From assembly GCA_973851085.1 (NCBI GenBank), contig OZ316775.1, positions 17,546,001 through 17,610,000 on the forward strand: 64,000 bases of DNA, read 5' to 3'. Positions 11,681-24,884 of this stretch are shown piece by piece. Both the position numbers and the translations under genes were made by a program. The stretch is from Ptychomitrium polyphyllum. Its lineage: Eukaryota. The notes below the pieces were generated by a model that was given only the letters and a program-made list of their open reading frames with translations, did not search any database and had not been told where the DNA came from. Within the stretch, counting starts at the first letter, position 1; every line of letters begins with the position of its first letter.

Positions 11681-14336
11681 AACATAACACTTATGGGCCG
11701 TTCCTGGGAATTAGGTGCCCAGTGCCGAGCTAGTGAGTGCAATACTCAAAATGCCTAACGAAATGCTTAATCTTAATAATGAACCAGGGTTGTCAAACCT
11801 AATGTCCATCATGACCGTCATGTTTGTCCAATAACTACACTAGATATGGCATATTTCTTGCATATTCGAAGCTTTCAAAAAGAACTTTTGTCAATCATAT
11901 GTGCCTTGTTATTCCAAGCTTTTCAATATATACTACACGTACATGTATGTTCCCACATACAAGTGAATCAATTCGGTCTAACCCCATCATTACTTTACAT
12001 CAGATACCAGAAGGAGAGAAAACATTTTCTGAATGGTTTTTACTGTGATTGGAACAGTAACAGCAGAGGATCACTACAAATATAACTCAATATGGCGTTA
12101 AATCTCTACAGTCGGGCTCAATGAGTGAAAGACTCACTGCCAAAGTGCACTTGAAGCTTGTACCTGTAGCATACTTGAGGAATTTTAATTATGTCTTTGC
12201 TACACTACATAAACAACTTCTGAAACCTTGCAGATCTCCCGTGCATATCGTTTCAGCTCCAGGTTTGTTAGGGTCTGAAGTGCTCATGGTTTCGACTTGG
12301 TCCACTTTCGAGTTCCCGCTTCTAATCTCTTGTTTCAGTGATTCGACGCGCATTCTTAATTTTGTGAATTTAGACAATGGCATCCTGCCGACTACACCAA
12401 TGTTGTTGCCCAGATTGTTTAAGTAAGCGATTGCTCCGGTCGACGCCGGGCTTGCTTCAGCACCATGGCACAAGCTCAGACCAAAGTGATGCTGGTTTGC
12501 ACTCTAGAGAACAGCTTTGTCATGACAAGAATTTACAAGGTCAAGCTTCAAGAAGCTTCAAGAAGCTTCCAGTAGTTTCTAATAGCATGCACTAAAACAC
12601 AAGGAGGTTGATGTACAGGCCGTTTTCGCTGCCATGCAGTGGGCAAATGTGCCGCTAATCTTAATCAATCAGAGGCCAGATGTGGTAGTCTGGTGCAGAT
12701 GCACTAAGCGCATCTGCTTCCCAATACAGAACAAGCGCCTCTAGACGCTAAAGGTTCTCCACATATCCGCACAATCCACACAGGCGCCGTTCAATATACA
12801 GTTTCCAGTGCCATGTGAGGTAGTCCAGTGTCGAGAACCATACATCGGTCATTCTACACTAGCAGGCACTGCAACCGCACGAGTACTGAGCAGAAAGAAG
12901 ACAGTGTGGATGAAAAGTCTAGAGACGAGGATGAACAGCTGGCCCTGTGGACTGGGGCCTGGCGGAGATCGGACAAGGTTTGCGAGCGGGGGAAGGATGA
13001 AGGAAAGTGGCAGGTGACACGAGGATGAACGAAAAGCAGGCGGTTTCCGTTCACGTGAAGGCCGAAGAGGTGGCCGCTGTGTCGCGCGGCACCAACGTCC
13101 TCTCTTCATCATCCCCTTCCCATTCTCCTTGCGTCCCACATACCGCTGCCAGCCTCCAGATCGCATCCGCAGCCTCCTCTGCTGCTCTCCCACAGGGCTA
13201 GGGCCGGATCTCTTCACTCGTGCTCTTTCAACCAATCAACCAAACACTCCACTCCTTCCCTCCCTCACTCACTCTCTCACCTACTCTCATGCTGTAGCCT
13301 GTACCCTTCTTATTGATTAGTTCTCTTGCAGAGTCCTATCTGCAAGGTTATGTGGATAGGGCGGAACTGTTTAGCATAGTAAGCCCGACCATTTCATAGA
13401 GTTTAGATTCGGGGATGATGATAATGATGATGATCTCATGCTCATTGCAATGATCTTTAGAGGTGCACAGTGCAACAATATACTTTCTGCAGAATCTTCA
13501 TTCCGTTAGACTTGCTGAGTGACCTGCCAACTTTGAGAGCTTCAAGTGGGAGCCGTACGTGCTGTACTCGACGTTGCGAGGATGGGAAGGCCGGCTCAGA
13601 TTATTGCAACCAACTGCCTTGTAACAAAGCAAATGTCGTGGCCGAGAAGGCGTTCTCAAATGACCAGCGCTACGTAAGAAATTACTAGAATTCTTGTGAT
13701 CAATGCAAGTGAGTAAAGCTGTAAGTGCCTTTGTGAAAATATCAACTGGCGCTGCTGTATCAGCCACTGAACATAATATAATGCATGTGTGATGGGATAC
13801 ATTCCATACTGTTTCGGTTGCTGTCTGCAACATCATCATTAAAATGCAAATTAAGTTCAGGAGTTGGGAAATGCCGAGGATATGCACACGACGTTTTGGA
13901 ACTTAAAAGCCAGCCAGGCATATCCCTGGCGGCCATTGAATCCTCCTAAGTGCATAATCTCTATACACAAATAGTTCTAATCTTGAGCATCTCTTTCGAC
14001 ACTTTCAAATCATAACACTTCAGAAGAAAAAATTCCAGTAGATGAGAAAAATTTGACTAACATTATGACACTCAGCCTTGATGTTATGAACGGCAATTAG
14101 GTAATGACTCATGACTGCTTGAAAGACGGGATAGTCGTTGTTCTCAACCAGCATTTGAGAAACCATCTTGTATCAGCCACAAACCGATCGACATAGTTTC
14201 GAGTAGAATCTTTGGGACCTAATATTCAGACATGACACACAGTACTTGTAGTAGGCCCAATGGTTTCAGAATTGGCAGGAAGTAGTTCATATGCTAACCT
14301 TGGATTTTGAGGCGCAGAGACGGCAGCATTGCGCAA

Positions 14337-15248
14337 ATGTGGTGGTCACCAGCAAACTTAAGGATGACTGCCTGCGTCGTGCTTGTATGGGCAGTCTTGT
14401 GTGGATTCAGCTTGAGCAGTGCCAAGTCGGAGCTAGACTCGGACTTGATAGAGACAGAGACCGGGTGGCAGTTCGCCGACGACATTATCGAGCCCTTTGA
14501 CGCAGCCCCTACCCCTACGGCAGCTGCGCCCGCTCCAGCAACCAAAGTCAAAACCATCAGTGGCCTAATCCCACTCGTAGACGGCGACTTTGAGCAAGCC
14601 AACGTTTCGTGTTCAACTTGGCCGTTGTTTCTTGCAGACTTGACCTGCCTGCCCAATTGGACGGCAGGCGGATCAGGGGTGTATGTCCTCTTGAGCACTG
14701 ACATCAAGTTTTCAAGCTATGAATCGAGTAGCAAGTACGCAGTGCACCTCAATAATCCAAATGCGTTCATGACAACAAACACCACTCAAGGGTACATACA
14801 GACCACTTTGGCTACAAATCCTGCCACAGGAAAAACCTTCACCATCCAATTCGACTGCGCGCGGAATCCCAACGGACCCATCAACTATCTCACGGCCATC
14901 AAAGTCTCGGCAGTAGGTACAACGACGAATACCACCAGCATGTCAACAATACATCATGCATTGTACAACGCTACCGACACGGTGAAGCAAGTCTCGTGGT
15001 CACGGATGAGCTTCGTGTTCAAGGGTACAGGCGCCACAACGGCAATCAGGTTCGAGAGCATGTCGGGTATGTGGGGCCCCATGATTGATAATGTCGTCAT
15101 GTTGAGTGGGAGCCATCCTTTGAACGCCGCGCCATCTGCAAACTCATATCTGTCTGTGTGGCAGCGCATGTGCCCCCTCTTCACAGTAGTTGTTATGATC
15201 GTCAGCTTCCACAGTCGCCCTCTCAGCCAGCTGCTGACTCTCTTGTAA
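14337..15248 (+). CDS. DUF642-like (galactose-binding fold) secreted cell-surface protein, probably GPI-anchored, intronless
   Basis: Hydrophobic N-terminal signal, Pro/Ala/Thr linker, motifs LVDGDFE..C..LPNWT..YAVHL..IQT..F..GPMIDNV, and a hydrophobic C-terminus. First ATG at 14337. Confidence 0.72.
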   Translation: MWWSPANLRMTACVVLVWAVLCGFSLSSAKSELDSDLIETETGWQFADDIIEPFDAAPTPTAAAPAPATKVKTISGLIPLVDGDFEQANVSCSTWPLFLADLTCLPNWTAGGSGVYVLLSTDIKFSSYESSSKYAVHLNNPNAFMTTNTTQGYIQTTLATNPATGKTFTIQFDCARNPNGPINYLTAIKVSAVGTTTNTTSMSTIHHALYNATDTVKQVSWSRMSFVFKGTGATTAIRFESMSGMWGPMIDNVVMLSGSHPLNAAPSANSYLSVWQRMCPLFTVVVMIVSFHSRPLSQLLTLL

Positions 15249-16140
15249 TGTGATCTAAGGCCAGCCAGCCAGCCTGCTCAAGGTCAGCTTGGTGGAAGAT
15301 ATAGCAACTTCCAGCACTCGAAGTGTGTGAAGATTAGATCAACTGCTTTTGTACATGTAGAGTACAGGAGATGCCCACTGACGGTATTGAGAAACTTATG
15401 ACATTCACTTTTTCTTCTTTTAGCTTTCTTATTACCAGCTCTCCCTTCTATTCCCTCCATGGATTCTTATGTTTGCAGGATCCTCATATTTTACACCTTA
15501 ACTCATTTCCCGACTATGAACCGAGACAACATGATGACTCAAAGGCTTTACTGATTGTAAACAATTCAGTGGCAATAAATCTATTTTTAAACTAAAATCA
15601 ATCATAAAACAGGCTTTCAGGACTGCTTGCAATGAAATTCATATAGAAATGTTACGAAAATATCAGCCTATTCACAATTCTATCATTCAAATAAGTCACT
15701 CACAAGAAGACATCAAGCAGGTCAAAAAAGCAAAAGCAGGGAAAAGTGCTCAGGTACCCCGGCCACAGCTGGATTTATCAAGCGCGATACATTAATTCAC
15801 GCAGTAGATTCACGCCAAGTAAGCCATGGTGTTGGCACTTGGCAACCTAAAAATTCAACGAACTTAAATATACATCTCAGTGTGCTGGAGTACCAACTCT
15901 ACTGTCAGACACGTGACCAACTTAGGAAACAACCTCTCCACACCATGTCTTGGAAGCTCCATCTCATGAGTTCTACATCCTGCCATCTGCGAGCAAGTCT
16001 GGCGGGGGGGTAATCTGGCCACATTTGTATGCCAGACACTGCCTAATGTGTACACTACATATAAATAAATCAGACTCACGTTGGTCTTCAGCTTGAGTAT
16101 GCGAGCGGGCCCATCCTCGAGTCACTAACTCTTCCAAAAC

Positions 16141-18247
16141 TCACATCATCAAGGGCTTGTACAGTACAGTCGTCACGTACTTGGATCGAAAGCGGTTCGT
16201 GGTGCCAAGCACTAGAACAGAACGGTTGGTTTTCTCTTTCTCAACATACAAGTGATTCAATATCACATGTTGTGGGCGGGGAAGACTTGCTGAGGTCTCA
16301 TTTTGTTGAGGAACGTTGAGGAGTGTCAAATGAAGATGCGGGGGTACGGTTGGAGGCTCCTTGGCAAAATCTTCAGGACCTGGCAGTGGATCGTTGTAGC
16401 TCGATTCAGGTGATCGTGGTGGATCGAACCCGGCAACACTATCGAGGTTCTCTGGTACGTAGTCCTGGAAGTAATGTGATTGTTCATGCCACCACTCAGA
16501 AACAAAATCTTTGATAAAGCAGCCAGAATGCAAGTCTGCCAATACAGATAGGATAAAATGAAGAATATAAAAATTGCGAAACAAATAACCAAAAAACACT
16601 TACTTGCACATCCAGCACATTGTTCACATTATTTGTCTCATCTGAAACTGCAGGTAAATTTGGATCGTATCTCCACTGACCATCTACCCAAAACTTATAC
16701 TGATAAACTCCTGGTTGAAGTACTTTGATCAGTGTAAATTCCCTCCCAGATCTCTGCAGCTGTTGCCTGCAGCACAGCAGGATACGATCCAACTCCTTGA
16801 ACTTTGGCACTACATGAACATCTAGAACCTGTCCATATTAGTCAGATACAAGCCCTGAAATAAGAACTAGCTTTCGAGCATGCAGGGTTGTCTATTGCGA
16901 AGAAGGCAACCAAAATGTCCGCCCCTGACTTGACATCTATTGAGGCTACAGTTCCCAACGTTCAGGGTTAGCAAGTAGAAGTTCACACCTTGTTTGCCAG
17001 TTATCCCAGGAGCCAATAACGCCAACCTGGGCGCCCCCGTGACTCCACGCTATCATGGTAGCCACTCCTTTTTCGGAATCTCCATATAAACTCGTCTCAT
17101 AATAAGCTTGTTGCATGCGCTGCGCCGGGCCATATCCTCCCAATCTTAACTCATCTGCTTTCGGAATAGGCACCATCGGTACCTGCCGCATGCAAACAAT
17201 ATCTCTCTATCCCGTCAACAAGATTAAGTATAAGAAAAGGCACAAAACAAGATAAATTTCACTAAGCTACACTAAGTCCTAGGCCAACAACGCCTTCGGT
17301 GCATGAACAATCTCATCTCACCACACGATCCCATCCGATGATGTTGATACCTGTTCCCCAAAATTAACCTAAATGTAACAGACTTAACGGCGTACCCTAA
17401 TCTGTTGGCAAATCTGAGCACTACAATCGATCGGAAGCTCACCACTCAAGATCCTTGCTTTGCTGAAACTGGGCCCAGAGAACATTTGTACCATGGACGC
17501 ACTCACACACTTTCTCAGTCAGATCATTCAACCAGTCACAAAGGCACGAAATCGTCCCAGCAGGACATGAGAGCACCAAGATGGACAAAACCGGCTTCTT
17601 CACACACTTCTTCGGCTAAAATTTTACTTCCTTCAAAGAAAAACTACTACAACCTATAACACAGTGCCAAGAAATCAAACAAATAAAAAGAATTAGGAAA
17701 GCAACCCCTCCCCGTTCGAAACCCAGCAGCGCAGAATCAATAACAAGCGTTTCCTGCCCAACCTGAACATCTCGAACATGAGCATCAATATCTCCGCCAA
17801 CTCCTAATCTCATTCCTAATCCCATAATGCGCGACGCTGTAAAATTACCAGCACGGTGGGCTATTATGCTAGATGTCCTTCACACAGTCTCGTTTCGCCA
17901 AACACCCCCCACTTCGCTAAACCCCACCAACCTCCACCACAGCCACCGACAATCCCAATCCCGACACGCAAAGACAAAATCTTGAAACAGGAATTCCTAA
18001 CCTGGGGAGTGAACATGAGAGGCGATCGCGCCGCGCTGCCGGGGCTCTCAGACGGGCTCTGGCTCATGGACTCCGTGGACGGGGCGTGGCCCAGCCTTCC
18101 CTGGTCGCGCATGTGCTGCGGTTGCAGGTGCCCATGACCCCCCGGCGGAACCCCATATCCTCCTTGCGCCCCTCGCTGCCCGCCCGGCGCTCCCCCGGGC
18201 GCTTGCGGATGCTGCCCTCCTCCCTCTCTCGCATTCGTGTTGCCCAT
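16141..18247 (-). CDS. SnRK1/AMPK regulatory beta subunit; exons 18247-18002, 17182-16989, 16766-16604, 16464-16141
   Basis: MGNTNARE myristoylation-type start, [14 protein letters not shown]48 ([19 protein letters not shown]) and ASC domain ([33 protein letters not shown]). GT-AG introns are in phase. Confidence 0.96.
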
Positions 18248-18335
18248 CCCTCCACACCAAACCTCCGCTCTGCGATCACAAAGCTCCGTAGCTGGCAACA
18301 CGCACCTTATCACTCTCCCTCCCCACCCCCCACCC

Positions 18336-18338
<3 letters not shown>

Positions 18339-18397
<59 letters not shown>
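18339..18397. repeat. (CT/GA)n microsatellite, about 29 units, in the SnRK1 beta 5' region
   Basis: Perfect CT run visible in the sequence. Confidence 0.97.
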
Positions 18398-18401
<4 letters not shown>

Positions 18402-20287
18402 GCAACGCCTTGTTCGATCGCAACCCCACCCCGCCACCCCAACTGCTCACGATTGTATCCTGGTGTTGACAAACTCGTGAACGACCTCTCGCGGCGGGAT
18501 AATCGTGGTGCGACGATCCTTCGCGACGCTCACATTTCACGGCGAATCGGCGATGAGCCTCGCCTCGCTCGCTCGCTCGCTCACTCGCGGAGCGCAGATG
18601 AGCTTCTTTCCACCTCGCCCCCTTCGCCCTTTTTCTCGGCCTCTCTTTCCAGCTGCCTATCTTTCGCGGCCTGTTTTCTTTCTAGGGTCCCCTTCTTTCC
18701 CGTGAGCCCGCATGGATGAAGATGCTCGCGCGCGAGGGCCCTCTGTTCGTTCTTCTAACACCGGCTTTTTCAGTTGCCTCATCATTACAGTATTCTTCCC
18801 CTGTAACTCTAGATTGTGTCGTTAGTTGCTTACTAGTAGCACCTTTTTTCATCTTTCCCATTTCGCCAGTTTTTTAAAAAGCTACAAGCTCTTTTACTGA
18901 AAACGTGTATCTCTGTGATTTTCTATATCGCAATAAAACTAAACCAAAAGGGCAACCTGTGTTGACTTGTTGAGGACTCCCCTCTACATTTCTCAATGCG
19001 TTTTTCTTGTTTTGTTTCTATTTTTGAGCATTTTTTTTCCCACAACTACGACAAACTGATGTGGTTCATCAATTAAGTGGGCAATAAGTTTCTTTGATTA
19101 ACCATAAATTCTAAATGTGAGGCTTATATTTTTGGTGCATTCTAGCAATTATTCCAAAATTTTAGAATTTTATGAAAATTTCAAATAAAATATGCTTTCT
19201 TCATGAAATAAATTAGTTATGATGCAAATGAAAGGTCAATCAATGTCTACCTAACTTCTTTTCTCTAGTAGTATTATTACATTCATTAATTTAAGAATTT
19301 TATAATTATTCATATTAGATGAATGACATTTATTAACTACATTAATAAAATTTCTTCAACACAAAAATTTTCAATACCTTTATTATTGATAAAATCATTC
19401 ATTATTTATAAAAATCTATAACATTTGAAAAATGACTTAGTAAAGATGAAACCTAAAGGAAAAAATATTATACATCCATCAAAAATTGCAATTAAATTAA
19501 ATTAATTCTTACACAAAAATGCATTGAAAGCATTGACTGTTTGAAAAGCTATACAATAGCAGACTATAGCATATACATTCTAATCATAATGAAAAGCTAA
19601 TTAATTAAAGCTTCCATACACTGTATGATTTCAAAACATCATTTCTTTTATGAAAGGTCATTTGTTACAGTAAATATTTTATAATACAAACTACCTCCAA
19701 TTTTCTAAAAAATCCCTAGTACGTACATATTCATGTATTTCTTTTAATAATAATAATTGTTAAAATTAAGTTATTTATATTTTATTATTTCTTTATGAAT
19801 GATTTGAAAACTTGCAGTCATTAAATTTTAGTAAATTTAATAGATCAAAACTTCTTAATTTGATATTAGTCTCATTAAATAATTTATTATATTGATTGTG
19901 GAATGTTTTGTTTTTTTTACAATAATGAAAAGTTGCTTGTTGAATACATTGAAGCTTTTCATTGCACAGCCATTGCTTGCAACAATTAGTAATTCAATAA
20001 TAATTTCTAAGGACAAAGCTAGTCTTATACTTAGGCTTGACTTAGTCTTAACTTGGCTTTAAGTATTGACTCCACAATGGCCTCTTATATATGTCCAATT
20101 ACAACAGTACTAGGCCTGCACTTAAAAGATGCTATCTTGCAAACATCTAGTTAGAAAAGTAAAGACGTGGAAAATGACACTATCATATTTATGTGCATTA
20201 ATTTCATTGAGCACATTAAATCTTCTCTTTGCAAAGTCAATATTTGAGGCAAGTATTTGATCAACAATGCTTTCTTCAACACATTAG

Positions 20288-20447
20288 ATTAATAGAGCAT
20301 GATTGTATAATAAAAAAATATTTCTTCTACATATTGAGCAAATTAATCTGTTCATCAAAATAAAAATCAAATTAATAAAGCATGATTGTATAATAAAACA
20401 ATATTTCTTCTACATATTGAGCAAATAAATCTGTTCATCAAAATAAA
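20288..20447 (+). repeat. Tandem direct duplication, period 83 bp, two copies
   Basis: AGCATGATTGTATAATAAAA.AATATTTCTTCTACATATTGAGCAAAT.AATCTGTTCATCAAAATAAA starts at 20296 and again at 20379. Confidence 0.9.
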
Positions 20448-21728
20448 GAGCTAACTAGTATTTATTGCTAATATTGAATTAATAATATTTTTCTTGTTTA
20501 CCAAGTTATTAAAATAAGATTGTTAAATTAAATAATGGTTTCTTCTAAAATATATCAAATAACTAAATTATTATTTATTGTTGGATATTTTTAAGTTTAT
20601 ACTCTAATGATTATTTAAATATTTTTATTTATCTAACCAACTAAAAAAGTAAAAAACATTGCCTTTTTTATATATCATACTAACAAAATAGAATTTTACC
20701 TTGAAATATTGTCTTTTTTAATTTGCAACTAATTAAATAATATAGCATAATAAGACAATGTCTCCTTATATATGATAAAGTTCAATAAAATATTTAAATT
20801 ATAATTTAGTCAATACTTATAACAAACAAGAATATCTTAAGTTTGACATGTTTTTGTAAGTACTAATATTTAGAAAAAGATTCCCTTTACAAAAAGTAAA
20901 AATTGATACAATAATTGAAAATAAAAGGTACTTTATAACCTCACACTGTCCTGTAGATTCTCCAATATTCAAAATATATAGTTAACTTCCACCCATGATC
21001 ACCATTCCAATGCTTTGCATGCCATTGAGTTCCTTGCTCCTCTGCAAATAACGAATTATAGTAGTTTTGCGTCGGTTTTGCCTCATTTAGGTGAGGCTCA
21101 AGTCTACATGCAGTTATGGAGAAGAGGTTGTGTCGTAAGGACAAGCGACCTTGCCAAATAAAAACCATTCATAACAAAAATTACATGAAAGCTACTTGTA
21201 TCAAATGAGATCTGAAATTCGCTTCCTCTCCGCTAACGGGTTTACAACCAAGTTTAACCCAATACTTGATTGTTACACACCAAATGTCCAAGCCCTAATA
21301 AATTGTATATAGTATGGAAGCATCAGGACTCCTACCACAGAGCTATCTTGGCAAAAACATGAAATCATGCATGATGAATTGGAAGAACTCGACTACGAGT
21401 AAAACAGTAAAAACCTGAAATACATCACCATGTGAACAAGCTCTTAAAAATTCAAGTGATGAAATTTGAAAGTGTGGTAGACTGTAACTATCAAGATGAC
21501 ATGGGAGCACAATCTACAGAAACCTCTACTGACTCCTGTACAAAAATAAACATGTCATCTAAATACAAAACCATGCCATCGGATTGGTGCAGTGCATCCA
21601 CAAATAAAATGTATAATCCTACCATCGTTTCAAGAAGACTGCAAACCTGGAACTGGTACATTAATGTTCTTGTACTGCTCCAGCTAACCCCAATCTTCAC
21701 AGAAGCTTACTTTATAATGTACAAGGAC

Positions 21729-24121
21729 TCATTCACCGTGCTTCATTCTCTCGATGTGGCACAGTTGCCGGAGTTTTGTGGGAACATACCAGATACGAAG
21801 CTTATCATTCCGGTTAAAAAGGTCGTCAATGTCCCACTCATTCTGCCTTGCTAATGTAACTAAAGGGAAATAGCACGCCTGACACCAGGCACCCACATTC
21901 TCCCCCCGCTCTTTATACTCTTTCCTGAGAGTATTTGATGTTTCTACATCCAAACAGTGCAATGCATAACAGTGTACGTAGTCCCTCATTTTCGGCTTGT
22001 TGATGTACCCAGCCCCAGTAAGTTTCGCATGTCGAAAAACCTCATTAGTGACCTGAATTATAAACACAGGCACATAGATAAGTGATTGTTGCAGTGTGAT
22101 TTCCAATTGTTTCAAAGACGTGGTAAAAGCAACAAATATTCAGATAACCGCATCAGATTAGTTCTGCCTAAAATTTTTAGGTCCTAGTCATGAGTTAACT
22201 TCGCAGGGGCACGAGCATAGAAAAAGCACGTTTGCAGAAGAAGTTATCTTTGACACGCACCTTACTTGGACACTTCTCGCCTTTCTCTTTGGCAATATGC
22301 TGCACCTCCTCTAGAAACTTCCCGCATTGCTCATACAAATCAAAGAGGTAATCCAAACCATTTTTCTTCCCCTTGGCTGGTTCCCCAGGTTCTGTCACAA
22401 TGAAGGGATGTTCACGAGGCCTCTCCTCTCCATCCTCTCCAATTTCCTTTGACCGCCTTTTCCGCTGTCTTCTTTTAGTAACTTTTTTCCCTTCACTATC
22501 ACTCCCTGGATCGGTCAGACCCAAGAGTCCCAGAGCCTCCAAAGACGTATGCCCTGCACTCGACGAAGAGTATAGCATTCAGGCCTTTTGTAAAGCGACA
22601 ATGCAACATTCCATAATCATTTGAGGGTTGTCTTCCAGCTCAACCTACAAAAATGAGACGAAACAAGTAGAGAGTTGAACATACCGTCCTTCAAAAGTAA
22701 ACCATCAGATGGTTCCTCCACCCTGCGTTTTTTTTCATTGCTTCGATTGATCAAATCCATCCGATGCTGCTCCGTCTCCTCCTCCAGTAATCTTCGCTTG
22801 GCCCTGATAGCTGCCTTGATGCCAAATTGCTCACCCATCAGAAGATCCAAGTGGTATTCCTCGATCATGGATTTTATAAGAAAGTCGACTTCTTCGTCTT
22901 TCATATTGATCAGCGTACTCAATGTGAAACCCATCTGTCCCATGACTGCCACGGTTGACGGTTGAACCCCAAAGTCCTTGAACAGCTCCTTCAACCTCCG
23001 GCTTTCCCTACCAGCCAACGCTGCTCCATCAGGCCTTTTATAGAGCAAGGGAGTCGGCTCAGCCTGGACTATATCAAACTGGGCCTGCTATATCACACAA
23101 CATGCCAAAGATCGCAATTACTTGATGAGATACTGTCTATAAGGTTTATTAAAATCCAATGCACAACACAAGTTTGAAAAAAAAAAAATGAAAAAAAAGA
23201 AGGGATTCAGAAACCAGTTCAAGTGCTAGTTCAACACGTGTTACTAAAGACAGGTGTCTCGAAAATTGTAGTCTCCTATGGATACGAAATAGGAACTCTC
23301 AATCAGCACTAAAACTTCCTCAGAAGAGCTAGTATCTTCCTCAGGAGCTGTTGAGGCAGAAAATGAAAGAATGTATTCACAAGATTCGTTCCTGGACCTG
23401 GAGAAGTTTGTTATATTACAGACTTCTCATAACAAACAAGCTTTTTTTGTAGGCTCTCGCCACAACAAAAGTGCTGCTACTAAGGATTCTTCTCCGCTGG
23501 GAGCCTACTTCTATAATTTTCCTTTTCACCAGACCCCAACACTGGATAAACTACAGCGATATTGCTTGCAGTGAAAGATGGGAGTACTTTCACCGCTTCT
23601 ATATTTCAATGCCGAAACAGCTCCGTAACCTTACACCGAGCCGTGAAGACAAAAATCCGTTAAGAAAGCCCTGTAGCAACAGCAGTAAGCTGAGGTTTAG
23701 GGCTTGAGTTTTGAGAAACCATCAAATTTACACCATAATCAACACTCCCTAGGCAACACCCACGAAACCGAAAAAAAGAACAAAAATGCAAACCGTTTGT
23801 TTGCGATTACATCAACATCTCACCAACTTCTCAAACACCAACTTCAGCTCCCCTGCCTCTCTCCGCCAAACCCCAAACGACACCAGCACCACATTATTGC
23901 CATGAAACCACCGACAGAAACGCGACGAGAGCGCAACCCACTAGAAACTGGCTCATGCATTAAAAATCACTATCCTAAACAAAAAAAGTTCCCCAAACCT
24001 CCCCATTTCAGCCCTAAAACATCAAAACACCGCCACGAACTCAATTGCAACCAAACCACCCGTAATAAGAGCCCGAAGCCAAGGGCTTTACCATGTTGTG
24101 CACAGGGCAGTCGTCCACCAT
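21729..24121 (-). CDS. LFY: LEAFY/FLORICAULA transcription factor, moss type, about 348 aa; exons 24121-24092, 23084-22685, 22553-22261, 22052-21729
   Basis: SAM domain ([39 protein letters not shown]) and DBD ([67 protein letters not shown]). Exon 1 ([10 protein letters not shown]) is inferred from a phase-0 ATG|GTAAAG donor and is less certain. Confidence 0.97.
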
Positions 24122-24701
24122 TCAAACCCCACAGCAACACCCCACTCCCGTACCAGCGCAGGTCATTCCTCCCGTCTCTGCGACCCGTCTTCTCTCTTGC
24201 TACCGACAGGCCGAATGCACAAACTCCCCCATGCCCTCCGATCCCCGCAAATGCGATCAACCCACAACCACCTGCACGATCAGCAACTCATCCAATACCC
24301 TAACCCTAACACGGTCTCAATCCGACGACAAACTTCGCTCCCTCGGGTAAGCATCAGTTGCAGACCAGGCGCGAGGTTTGCAACACTGTAAGCTACGGCG
24401 TGGTCAGAAAAATCCCAAGAGAAGCGTCGGAAACTGAGTTGTGGGATTGGTGCAGAAGCCGGAAACCGAATCCCAAGGGCGAACAGAGAGTCGCACACGC
24501 AGAGGCGACGTTGCAAACTGCGTTGTGCACGGCAAGCGCAGCCTGAGAGAGCGAGCGACACGGGGAGCCGCAGCCTCCGCGGCATTGTGGTGCTCTACTC
24601 ACGGTCTCAGGCGCCGACGCCCGTGGCGTCTCCGTGCGGTTGTGGGTTCGACCGTGGCCTCAAGGCGGGCTATCGGGAACAGCGTGAAGGACGCATAATA
24701 T

Positions 24702-24830
24702 CCAAAATCGTCACTGTGCCCAAAACTACCATTATCAACCAGAGGCGTACATTTCAGATCACAAAGTCTACGATTTGCGTAAATTAATGTTGGCTCTCCG
24801 TTTCTGTTTCGGATCTAGTGACGATTTTGG
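24702..24830. repeat. Inverted-repeat (MITE-like) element
   Basis: Perfect 14-bp inverted repeat CCAAAATCGTCACT / AGTGACGATTTTGG. Confidence 0.6.
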
Positions 24831-24884
24831 GTCCAATGACGGTATTGGATGCTAATCCGTTGGTGTCATCTCACTTTCTAACTT

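Noticed and set aside
18248..18472. N-terminal ER-repeat extension of ORF 17864-18472
   Set aside because: It arises from a non-ATG start and translation of the (GA)n microsatellite. The real start is MGNT at 18247.
23704..24303. 199-aa plus-strand ORF
   Set aside because: It is antisense to LFY intron 1 and the 5' region, has a non-ATG start and is low complexity.
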